Source of the DNA: a virus
Taxonomy: Duplodnaviria; Caudoviricetes
Direction: 5' to 3' (one strand)
IMG/VR virus record: IMGVR_UViG_3300033463_000027
Coordinates: 75,525-139,524 of that record
Length of the DNA stretch: 64,000 nucleotides
The notes below the pieces were generated by a model, which saw only the letters and a program-made list of their open reading frames with translations, did not search any database and was not told where the DNA came from. Positions 18,680 through 26,691 of this stretch are shown here, in pieces. The position numbers were made by a program, and so were the translations under genes. The first letter of the stretch is position 1. Each line of letters starts with the position of its first letter.

Positions 18680-19183
18680 TCAGATCGGAATTAAGCTATC
18701 TTGAATTTCATAAGCACATTGTTCTAATTTTTGGAAATCGCAACATCTGTGAGCCAAAGATGTGTCATTAACATTGGTAAGCTTATGGTTATAAACAATA
18801 ATAGCGTTTTGAATAATCTTATTCGATAGTTTACGGATAATTCGATATTCATTTTGTAAAAGGCTATAATAACCTTTATCTGTTTTATTAATTTCAGAAA
18901 AATCAACATAGTGATATACTCCATCAATCACTGGAATCATGTTGTTTAGATTTACCGAACCATAATGTCCTATGTGAATATGATCCAACATTTCAGGAAG
19001 TTGTTTGTGTTCCTTGAAAGATGTAAGATTTACAAAATATTTTAGATCATTTACTTTAAAGAGGATGCCAAGATATTTTCGAGGATAAATTCTTGATTTA
19101 ATTTTGGGGTCAGCGACTTTATTGTCAACAGCTTTGAGTTTGAGAATATAGTCATCATCAATCTCGAACATTTTTAAGCTCAT
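18680..19183 (-). CDS. toxN: type III toxin-antitoxin endoribonuclease, ToxN/AbiQ family
   Basis: IDDDYI..L..VDNKV, RKYLGI, YFVNLTSFK, NLNNMIPV motifs; upstream repeats and terminator. Confidence 0.88.
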   Translation of the reverse strand: MSLKMFEIDDDYILKLKAVDNKVADPKIKSRIYPRKYLGILFKVNDLKYFVNLTSFKEHKQLPEMLDHIHIGHYGSVNLNNMIPVIDGVYHYVDFSEINKTDKGYYSLLQNEYRIIRKLSNKIIQNAIIVYNHKLTNVNDTSLAHRCCDFQKLEQCAYEIQDSLIPI

Positions 19184-19196
19184 GATAACACTTCCT

Positions 19197-19225
19197 AAAA
19201 AGAATGGGCTGTATTGCACAGCCCA
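19197..19225 (-). terminator. intrinsic terminator between antitoxin repeats and toxN
   Basis: TGGGCTGT/ACAGCCCA stem followed by TTCTTTTT on the minus strand. Confidence 0.85.
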
Positions 19226-19302
19226 CTTCTAAAGTTCTCATTTAAGGGTCGAGATATACCCACTTTATGCAGTTCTCATTTAAGGGTCGAGATATACCCA
19301 CT
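19222..19302 (-). ncRNA. toxI: ToxI-like antitoxin RNA, about 2.1 repeats of 38 nt
   Basis: Identical 32-mers at 19233-19264 and 19271-19302; minus-strand GGGT/ACCC and TCTC/GAGA pairings form an H-type pseudoknot. Confidence 0.88.
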
Positions 19303-19330
19303 AAGGATAAAGTTTCCTTTATCCACTATT

Positions 19331-19359
19331 ATTATATCACATTGATTAAAGTTTGTCAA
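19331..19359 (-). promoter_or_regulatory. sigma-A promoter of toxIN
   Basis: Minus-strand TTGACA-17 bp-TATAAT. Confidence 0.88.
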
Positions 19360-19533
19360 TATGTTTTTATAAAGTTTACAATTTGTTCATATCTGATTTC
19401 TTTTACCCTATAAACTAAAAAGCAGAAGCGTAACAACTTCTGCCTTGTTCTTTACCATAATGTTTGTATTGAAAATCAGAGTAAGAGAATGTATAATAAT
19501 ATCAAGATAAAGAACATAGGGCAAAGCCCAAAA

Positions 19534-19758
19534 CTATTCTTGATTATTTGCGTTATCGGGTATGTATTCAAGAATGTCACCGGGTTGACATTCAAGGAGC
19601 TTGCATATTGTTTCGATGTTCTCCCATGAAACAGGCAAAACATTTCGGAGTTTTTGCACTGTTGATTCACTTAATAACTTTTCTTTTCTGATTGTATAGG
19701 TTGAATAACCTTTATTTCGTAATTCGTTTAAAACATCTATTTTGAATTTCATTGACAT
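19534..19758 (-). CDS. Cro/C1-type HTH regulator
   Basis: IETICKLLECQPGDILEY signature. Confidence 0.85.
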   Translation of the reverse strand: MSMKFKIDVLNELRNKGYSTYTIRKEKLLSESTVQKLRNVLPVSWENIETICKLLECQPGDILEYIPDNANNQE

Positions 19759-19928
19759 AGAATCACCTTAATTCAAAGAGAAAAGAGGGTTTCCGAAGAA
19801 TCCCTCTCGTCCCTTTAACACTACCCTACACACATTGTTAGGGTTTCTCTAAGCATTGTTGTATCATTATCTCTTTCGTAAAAGAGATTTATCTTGCATC
19901 TTTAGTATAACATATAGTTTAAGATTTG

Positions 19929-20555
19929 TCAAGGGGTTTTGGAAATTTTCTTTTTTAATTCTTCAAAGTTGTTGACATTGAAATACTTAAATACACAATT
20001 GAGTTGTAAAATTAAATCTGTTTGTCTATTAAACATACGCTTGATTTTTAAATCTTGGTTTTGACATTTAGTATTTAGATATTGAAACTTAGAAATTAAG
20101 CCAGTTTGAAAAAGAAGTTGATTATCAATCTGATCCATCACTGATTTTGGAAGTGGATTAGGAAGGATTTTCTTATCTAAACGAACTTTGTCAATGGTTA
20201 AAATATTAGATATATTAGCTTTACCATCTAAAATTATATTTCCTTGTTGATTTTTATATATACCAATAGGAATAAGGCAAGAATAATTTCTACTGCTATG
20301 AGTGATTGGGCAAACAATTGTATTAGAAGAACGAATATTAACCTTATCGTTTTGAATTATTACACAAGGTCTTGGGGTTGTTTTGCGAATTTCTGTTCCA
20401 ATATTATATCCCAAATGACACCAATATACTTCACCTCGCCTTACAGAACGCTTATGGGCGTGTGTAGTATATGCTTGATTGTCTAAGAACAATGCAGTAT
20501 TAAGCCAGTTAATAAAGTATTGGGCTTCGTTTAAAAACATTTGATGAATAGCCAT
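19929..20555 (-). CDS. PemK/MazF-family toxin with C-terminal coiled-coil extension
   Basis: RRGEVYWCHLGYNIGTEIRK..RPCVIIQND..VCPIT..TIDKVRL. Confidence 0.85.
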   Translation of the reverse strand: MAIHQMFLNEAQYFINWLNTALFLDNQAYTTHAHKRSVRRGEVYWCHLGYNIGTEIRKTTPRPCVIIQNDKVNIRSSNTIVCPITHSSRNYSCLIPIGIYKNQQGNIILDGKANISNILTIDKVRLDKKILPNPLPKSVMDQIDNQLLFQTGLISKFQYLNTKCQNQDLKIKRMFNRQTDLILQLNCVFKYFNVNNFEELKKKISKTP

Positions 20556-20583
20556 ATCTTATCCCTCTTTATTCTGGTTATTA

Positions 20584-21472
20584 GCCTGTTCTACATAAAA
20601 AGTATTCTATTGAAATACTGGCTATGTCTGATTATACCGAAGAACAGCTCGAAGAACAGTTCATGCGCCTGAACAGCGGTACACCCTTTAAGCCAACGCA
20701 GAAAGAACGTGTAGCACTTGGGACTCAGATTGCTCCCAAGTTTGACGAGAAGATACTTAATCTTCCGTTTTGGGATAGGTGTACTCCCTCGGTTGCAAAC
20801 TCCAAGACTGATGCTAAGTTGGGTATCGCACTCGAATGTCTCATGCTCTTGACAGATTACGAGTGCAAGGGGTATGGTTCTGCTGAGATACAGAAGTTCG
20901 CTCAGTATTTCCGTGAGAATTATGACGAAGCTGCGGTGGACGAGCTTGCGATGTTGCTTGAAAAGTTGGATGAATACTATCCTACCGATGACGAGTGTGT
21001 TCCTTTGTTAAAGAAGTTACATATCCCTGCACTGGTTATATGTATGAAGATGTTCTTGAAAATACAGAGTGGTGAAGTTAAGTTTAATGGTAAGGTCAAG
21101 TTCAATTTCACAGAGGAGGACTTTGAGAAGTGGCTTTATGAATGGTCTACCAAGATGCATCGTGGAGAATACTCTGATAAGGGCTGTAAGGAAGGAACCA
21201 CCAAGAAAGATAAGGTGAAAGCCCGTGTGGATATTATCTGTGATAGACTCTTGGGAGCAGCGGAAGTCAATATAACCAACTATATAATCTCTGTCAAGGG
21301 TGATAACTTTGATTGGGAGCATGGCGATTATAGCTTCTTAGAAGGAACCCCCTCAGATGACAACACTGTAACCGCAGAGATTGTAGAGGACAACACGCCA
21401 ACAACAGTAGATGCTATCCTGGATAGCATGGATTTGGAAGAAGAAGTAGTTGAGTCTAATGAAAAGAGGTGA
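20584..21472 (+). pseudogene. 5'-truncated DUF262/ParB-like protein (C-terminal part)
   Basis: Begins near EEQFMRLNSGTP, a motif that normally ends the DUF262 domain; no RBS; in-frame stop just upstream. Confidence 0.55.
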
Positions 21473-21478
21473 AAATAT

Positions 21479-22473
21479 ATGCAAATGACTGCAACAGCGA
21501 AAATACAGCTTATTGTACCATCTGAATATTATGAGCTGCTGATTAACACAGCTAACACTTATCGTAATGCTTGTAATTTTGTATCTGAATATATTTTCAA
21601 AACACATAATTTAAAACAGTTTTCTTTGAATCAGGAATTGTATTATGAACTTAGAGAGAAGTTTGGGCTTGGTTCTCAAATGACACAATCTGTATTTAAA
21701 ACTGTCATTGCCAGATATAAAACGATTCAAACAAATCAGCATCAATGGATTCAGCCTGAATTTAAAGTTCCTCAATTTGATTTAGTTTGGAATAGAGATT
21801 ATTCTTTAAATCAGGATTGTTTTTCAGTCAATACTTTGCATGGCAGAATCAAATTAGCTTACTGTTCACAAGGTATGGAAAAATATTTTGATAAAGAGAT
21901 TTACAAATTCGGAACAGCAAAACTTGTCTATAGACATAAGAAATATTTTCTGCACATTCCGGTGACTTTTGAAGTTTCAGAATGTTCTGATTCTGATATT
22001 TGTAATGTTGTTGGTATTGACCGTGGAATCAATTTTATTGTTGCAACCTATAACAGTAAACATCAATCTGGCTTTGTCAGTGGTAAGACTATCAAACAAA
22101 AACGTGGGCATTATAAGAATCTCCGCAAACAATTACAGCAGGTCAAAACTCCGTCATCTCTGCTACTGAAAAAATCAAGCTGAAAAACAGATATGTTTCT
22201 GTAAGCTGGGCTTTTTACGATTTAGAACAAAAACTTATCTATAAAGCAACGCAGCATCATGACAAAGTGATTAAAGTAAATCCTGCTTATACAAGTCAAT
22301 GTTGTCCCATGTGCGGACATACAGAAAGAGCAAACCGCAATAAGAAAATACATCTTTTCTGTTGTAAAAATTGCGGTTATAAGTCAAATGATGACCGTAT
22401 AGGTGCAATGAATCTCTACCGAATGGGAATAGAGTACCTTGTAGAGTCACAGACCAGTATATCTGTTCTGTGA
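21479..22473 (+). pseudogene. tnpB: TnpB with internal deletion/frameshift removing RuvC-II
   Basis: RuvC-I GIDRG in first frame; frame switch near 22160; YTSQCCPMC..CKNC..NDDRIGAMNL in second frame; no LEDL motif. Confidence 0.85.
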
Positions 22474-22618
22474 AGGGTGCTGTCAACCACCCTACGATGT
22501 AACGCCACTTCTAATAGCAATATTAGTTGTCAAAATGTGGGAGGAGAAATCCGCTATACCACAGGGCAGTTGCAAGCTCCTACCTCTAAGGCGTTAGCCG
22601 TAGGTCGGGGTAGTTGAC
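22474..22618 (+). ncRNA. TnpB omegaRNA/right end of IS200/IS605 element
   Basis: Structured tail ending GTTGCAAGCTCC-hairpin-GTTGAC. Confidence 0.7.
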
Positions 22619-22706
22619 AATAATGAAAAAGTGTATAAACATCATAAAACAAAATATTTGTATTTGTGCAAATAGCAGAAGATTTCTATTTCAAGTATCT
22701 TGTATG

Positions 22707-22735
22707 TTGACAGTGATTCAACAATATGATATAAT
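22707..22735 (+). promoter_or_regulatory. sigma-A promoter
   Basis: TTGACA-17 bp-TATAAT with extended TG. Confidence 0.85.
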
Positions 22736-22790
22736 GTGACTTAATGGGAACAAGCTATTCTCAAATACAATTGAAAGGAAGTCACAAGAC

Positions 22791-23558
22791 ATGGTGATTA
22801 ACAGAAACTACTCCGCTTTGGAGGACGAATTTGAAAACGCTGAAAGGATTGTGTTTAAACGTCCTGATAAAACCGAGGTTGTAGTCAAGACCTCAGTTCC
22901 AGACAAACTGCTTTCGATAAGTCAAACACCTATGAGATATGCAGACGAACGCCACGATATAATTTTTGATAAAGATATTGTTTCAGTGGTAAGACTGAAC
23001 AATATTCTTGGGGTTGATTATATTAAAAATTTAACCTACACCGTAGATTCAAACGATGATGTTGTTAAGTGTATAACCATCATTGACAGTGGACAGGTCA
23101 TAGGAACTGCGGAAAAGTATCACTACAAGGGAGTTCGCAAGCGGTTCAAGCGTAATAGAAAACATCGGTATAACGAACTTGTTAATGAGATTAGCAAGGA
23201 ATACACATTCAGATTACCCGATGGACGTGTGGTATTGGGAACTGATCTTAATGATTACGAACCAATACCGTGGACAGGAGAAATCCGAAAAGTAATTAGA
23301 TTCATGAATCATACAAGACATCGTATTTATGATCTTGATTTATTGATAACGTTTGGATTTATCATGGAGAGAAGCGGTGGAATATCACTTGGGTTTATAA
23401 ACGCACTTACAGGAGAATATCTTGCGTTTATATGTCATCTTGATGATGTTTTAACTAATGAGAACAAAGAGAGGTTACATAAAAAAAGAGAAGAGTACCT
23501 TGATACATTAACCGATACAGAAATAATGATAAACAATAAACTGAACAGGGGAGAATAA
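22791..23558 (+). CDS. hypothetical protein
   Basis: 255-aa ORF behind promoter and GAAAGGA RBS. Confidence 0.7.
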   Translation: MVINRNYSALEDEFENAERIVFKRPDKTEVVVKTSVPDKLLSISQTPMRYADERHDIIFDKDIVSVVRLNNILGVDYIKNLTYTVDSNDDVVKCITIIDSGQVIGTAEKYHYKGVRKRFKRNRKHRYNELVNEISKEYTFRLPDGRVVLGTDLNDYEPIPWTGEIRKVIRFMNHTRHRIYDLDLLITFGFIMERSGGISLGFINALTGEYLAFICHLDDVLTNENKERLHKKREEYLDTLTDTEIMINNKLNRGE

Positions 23559-23614
23559 TACGATAATCAGCAGACCATTTATTCTTCCCTATATTGGGAA
23601 AGGTGGTCACGATT

Positions 23615-24067
23615 ATGAGTGCTATGAATACGGAGACAACAAGAATGAGCCTGTCTCACGCTGATTGTGAGAGAATACAGAAGGCAGCTAATGAAGGCAA
23701 TTTGTATATAGGCAAACCCAAGTCCAAAGAAGTGCGCAGAGGTCAGGTTTATATTGCTGACCTCGGCACTGGACGAGGTTCAGAGCAGCAGGGCATAAGA
23801 CCAGTGCTTATAATTCAGAATGATATTGGTAATCATTTTGGCAACACTGTTCTTGTGGTACCTATTACCTCACAGAACAAACGTGAAATGCCCACTCACC
23901 TTAGAATATCTTCGGGTACTGCGGGGCTTACTAAGGATTCAACAGCTCTTGTCGAACAGATGAGAACTGTTGATAAGTCACGTTTGAAGAATTGTATCGG
24001 GTGCCTTACCGCTGATATGATGAATGATGTCAATAGTAGGATCATGATTCAGGTTGGAATAGGATAA
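23615..24067 (+). CDS. PemK/MazF (NdoA-like) toxin
   Basis: RRGQVYIADL..GSEQQGIRPVLIIQNDIGN..VVPITS..EQMRTVDKSRL. Confidence 0.92.
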   Translation: MSAMNTETTRMSLSHADCERIQKAANEGNLYIGKPKSKEVRRGQVYIADLGTGRGSEQQGIRPVLIIQNDIGNHFGNTVLVVPITSQNKREMPTHLRISSGTAGLTKDSTALVEQMRTVDKSRLKNCIGCLTADMMNDVNSRIMIQVGIG

Positions 24068-24157
24068 TTTTTACATAATGTTTATATTGTAGTAACATTA
24101 TGTAGTATTATTTGCTATTGGTATTTGATACAATGTATAATGTAAGAGGTGATAGTA

Positions 24158-25108
24158 ATGGGCAGAACACCAAAGAAGTCAAACTTTTTTAATGCTGAAA
24201 AAAAGATTAAGTTTTGGGAAACATTAATAGATCAGAAAGATTATTACAATAACACTTGTAATTTATTTAATAAATTGAAACCCTTTGAGGAAAGTTTAGA
24301 CAAAGATGTATTAGATTTTACCCAAGATGAACTGACCGAAACTTTCTTTGACTTAACATTGTATACTTATAGAGAACGTAAGGACAATCTTATTTTGCTC
24401 AACAAGTATGCGTTATATATGGGAAAGCCTGAATTGACTTTACCCGGTGAAGCTGAATTAAAAAAACTGTACATTGAACGTGGTAAAATCGAAGTTGTTA
24501 TTAACGACGAAGATTTGTTTGATGCTATGATGGTAGCTTTGAAAAAAGCTAATTGCGTGGATAAACATTATTATGATATGCCTATTCTTAGGCAATTAAT
24601 GCTTTATTATGGAGTTAGTGATGAACAACTCATTAATATGAAAAAGACTTTTATAAATGATTTTAAGTTGCCGACTGGCAAAGAAATAACCAGTAAGGCA
24701 ATTCAGAATTTTATCATCAATGTTGTTATGAGCGGCGGTTATAGAGTTCGCGGAAAAGATGATACTGTGAGATACAGGCGATATGTTGAGACTGAGTTGT
24801 TATTAGCAAGGAGTTATTATGTGAGTGATACCCCCAAGAGAACAGATAAATCACAAGAGAATTTGTTGAATCAGTTACAAACACAGTTTAAGGAACTATA
24901 TAGCAATGATGATCGTCTAACCACTAAGAACATAACAATAGCGGGAAAATTTGACAGAGCATACCAACTTGATATGTTAAAAGACAATAAGGAAGTAATA
25001 TTGTCTTGGTATATATTACAGCAGAAAGCTCATATTAAAGGATTAACTCTATTGGAGGAAGAGAGATATAACGTATATAAGCTATATCGGTTCACCAACA
25101 ACATATAA
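24158..25108 (+). CDS. MrpR/YopR-like phage repressor (degenerate tyrosine-recombinase fold)
   Basis: FNAEKK.KF and FEESLDKDVLDFTQDEL N-terminal pattern, about 320 aa, no intact recombinase catalytic set, located just before the tRNA/replication operon. Confidence 0.55.
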   Translation: MGRTPKKSNFFNAEKKIKFWETLIDQKDYYNNTCNLFNKLKPFEESLDKDVLDFTQDELTETFFDLTLYTYRERKDNLILLNKYALYMGKPELTLPGEAELKKLYIERGKIEVVINDEDLFDAMMVALKKANCVDKHYYDMPILRQLMLYYGVSDEQLINMKKTFINDFKLPTGKEITSKAIQNFIINVVMSGGYRVRGKDDTVRYRRYVETELLLARSYYVSDTPKRTDKSQENLLNQLQTQFKELYSNDDRLTTKNITIAGKFDRAYQLDMLKDNKEVILSWYILQQKAHIKGLTLLEEERYNVYKLYRFTNNI

Positions 25109-25114
25109 TAAGAC

Positions 25115-25147
25115 AGCTCACGGTTTTCCCGTGGGCTTATTTTTTTT
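25115..25147 (+). terminator. intrinsic terminator
   Basis: AGCTCACGG/CCGTGGGCT stem followed by T-run. Confidence 0.8.
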
Positions 25148-25235
25148 GCCTTTGGTCTGTATGTACAAAATCGAATAATATTCATTGTCATTTTTGTGCA
25201 AGTATATAAAATTATACAATGTACCTAATTCCCTA

Positions 25236-25264
25236 TTGACAAGTCGCAAGGTGTGTGGTATACT
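25236..25264 (+). promoter_or_regulatory. sigma-A promoter for tRNA/replication operon, flanked by TGTACCTAA boxes
   Basis: TTGACA-17 bp-TATACT; boxes at 25220 and 25343. Confidence 0.85.
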
Positions 25265-25424
25265 TATTTATAGAGATACGAAAGACGAAAAAGAATAAAT
25301 AAAAGACAACTTTTATTTTTTTCACTGCATAACATTATGCAGTGTACCTAAATGTGATTACGACTGTATCAATACTCCTTTCATTCGGTTTTCCGATTCC
25401 GAAGGAAAACAAAAATCGGGGCTT

Positions 25425-25505
25425 GCCCCTTTGGTGGAACGGCAGACACACAGCACTCAAAATGCTGCGCCGCAAGGCATATTGGTTCGAGTCCAATAAG
25501 GGGCA
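25425..25505 (+). tRNA. tRNA-Leu(CAA)
   Basis: GCCCCTT/AAGGGGC acceptor, CAGCA-CTCAAAA-TGCTG, long variable arm, TTCGAGT T-loop. Confidence 0.92.
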
Positions 25506-25677
25506 TCGCCGAAAGAACAACAGCCACACTATCCGTGGTGATTGCGTTTGATTAGGGTGGTTAGCCGCCACAATTAATGGTTAGTCACATGGGCAAGTGG
25601 CGTGTAGAACTAAAGATGATAAGTAAAATCGTCTTTTGCTCACCTATGCCGATGATGGTTAATTCGGTGTTCTACAT

Positions 25678-25763
25678 TGGGGAATGGCGAAGTGGTTTTT
25701 AACGCAAGCGGCTTTGACCCGCTCATGAGAAATCTGTCGTGAGTTCAAATCTCACTTCCCCAA
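25678..25763 (+). tRNA. tRNA-Gln(TTG) with unusually long variable region
   Basis: TGGGGAA/TTCCCCA acceptor, AGCGG-CTTTGAC-CCGCT, GTGAG-TTCAAAT-CTCAC. Confidence 0.85.
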
Positions 25764-26111
25764 CTCTATGAATACCTCTTTTATTCTTTGCAGAGTTATT
25801 CATATTTACCTCCTATGTTCTCGGCAAGTCTTTTACGCCGAAGAGATAGTAGATGTTAAGAGATACTACCGAGAACAAACGCCTATTGTCACGCTTTACA
25901 CAAGGCGTATAAATATATAATGGAAAGGGAATGAATTATGCCGATGTTCGTTAGTGGTTTTATTCAACGGGTAGGGTTAGCTGAATAATCCCGCCCAAGA
26001 AAAGCAACACCAATCTCCTACTGGCTTATAGTCCCGATCAAACTATGAAGCAGGGCAATAGCGGAATTGCTCACCGTTTATTACTAACACAAAAGGTAGG
26101 AGATTGAGTTT

Positions 26112-26183
26112 CGGGGTGTAAGTCAATGGTAGACTGCTTGTTTTGGGAACAAGATGTTGGAAGTTCGATTCTTCTCACTCCGA
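26112..26183 (+). tRNA. tRNA-Pro(TGG)
   Basis: CGGGGTG/CACTCCG acceptor, CTTGT-TTTGGGA-ACAAG. Confidence 0.9.
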
Positions 26184-26213
26184 TTACAGTTGTAAAACTT
26201 AAAGTTTTGTTCT

Positions 26214-26286
26214 GCGCTTGTAACTCAGTCGGTAGAGTAATCGCCTTTTAAGCGATAAGTCGTGGGTTCGAGTCCCATCAGGCGCA
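26214..26286 (+). tRNA. tRNA-Lys(TTT)
   Basis: GCGCTTG/CAGGCGC acceptor, ATCGC-CTTTTAA-GCGAT. Confidence 0.92.
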
Positions 26287-26369
26287 CTTTTCTTCTCATG
26301 GTTTTTGTTTGTCATTTTGACGACGCTCCTTTTTGTCAGGTGTGGTTCTCACACAACCGCACCTGATAC

Positions 26370-26443
26370 GCTCCCTTAGACCAATTGGCAGAGTCATAGC
26401 ACTTAAAATGCTTATAGTGTGAGTTCGAGTCTCACAGGGAGTA
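26370..26443 (+). tRNA. tRNA with TAA (Leu) anticodon and short variable loop
   Basis: GCTCCCT/AGGGAGT acceptor, AGCA-CTTAAAA-TGCT, 5-nt variable loop. Confidence 0.85.
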
Positions 26444-26578
26444 TTAAGGTAGTACATTTCCGACCTATGATTGACTATCGAACAGGGAAATGGCGTAGGC
26501 ACATACGATAGAAATGTGTTGGTTGCAGGGCAGACCAAGTAAGGATATCCTTTACTAAAGATTAGTCATCAGCCCAAT

Positions 26579-26650
26579 GCTGACATAGTATAAAGGTTAT
26601 TACTGTAGATTTGTAATCTTCAAATCCCTGTTCGAGTCAGGGTGTCAGCT
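26579..26650 (+). tRNA. tRNA-Thr(TGT)
   Basis: GCTGACA/TGTCAGC acceptor, GTAGA-TTTGTAA-TCTTC with one stem mismatch, CCCTG-TTCGAGT-CAGGG. Confidence 0.85.
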
Positions 26651-26691
26651 TTAACCATAAAACACGTTGATAATTATAGGAGGTTATCATT

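Noticed and set aside
19233-19302. Mini-CRISPR or replication iterons
   Set aside because: The 6-nt spacer, pseudoknot pairing and promoter-repeats-terminator-toxN layout identify ToxI.
21450-22640. Self-targeting of the first TnpB guide (AATAATGAAAAAG) to its own upstream TCTAATGAAAAG
   Set aside because: The first two seed positions mismatch and the match is short and AT-rich.
25335-26538. Short ORFs 25335-25571, 25342-25551 and 26296-26538
   Set aside because: They overlap clear tRNA genes.
26579-26650. tRNA-Tyr(GTA) reading
   Set aside because: The 7-nt loop is TTTGTAA, which centres TGT (Thr), and the variable arm is short.
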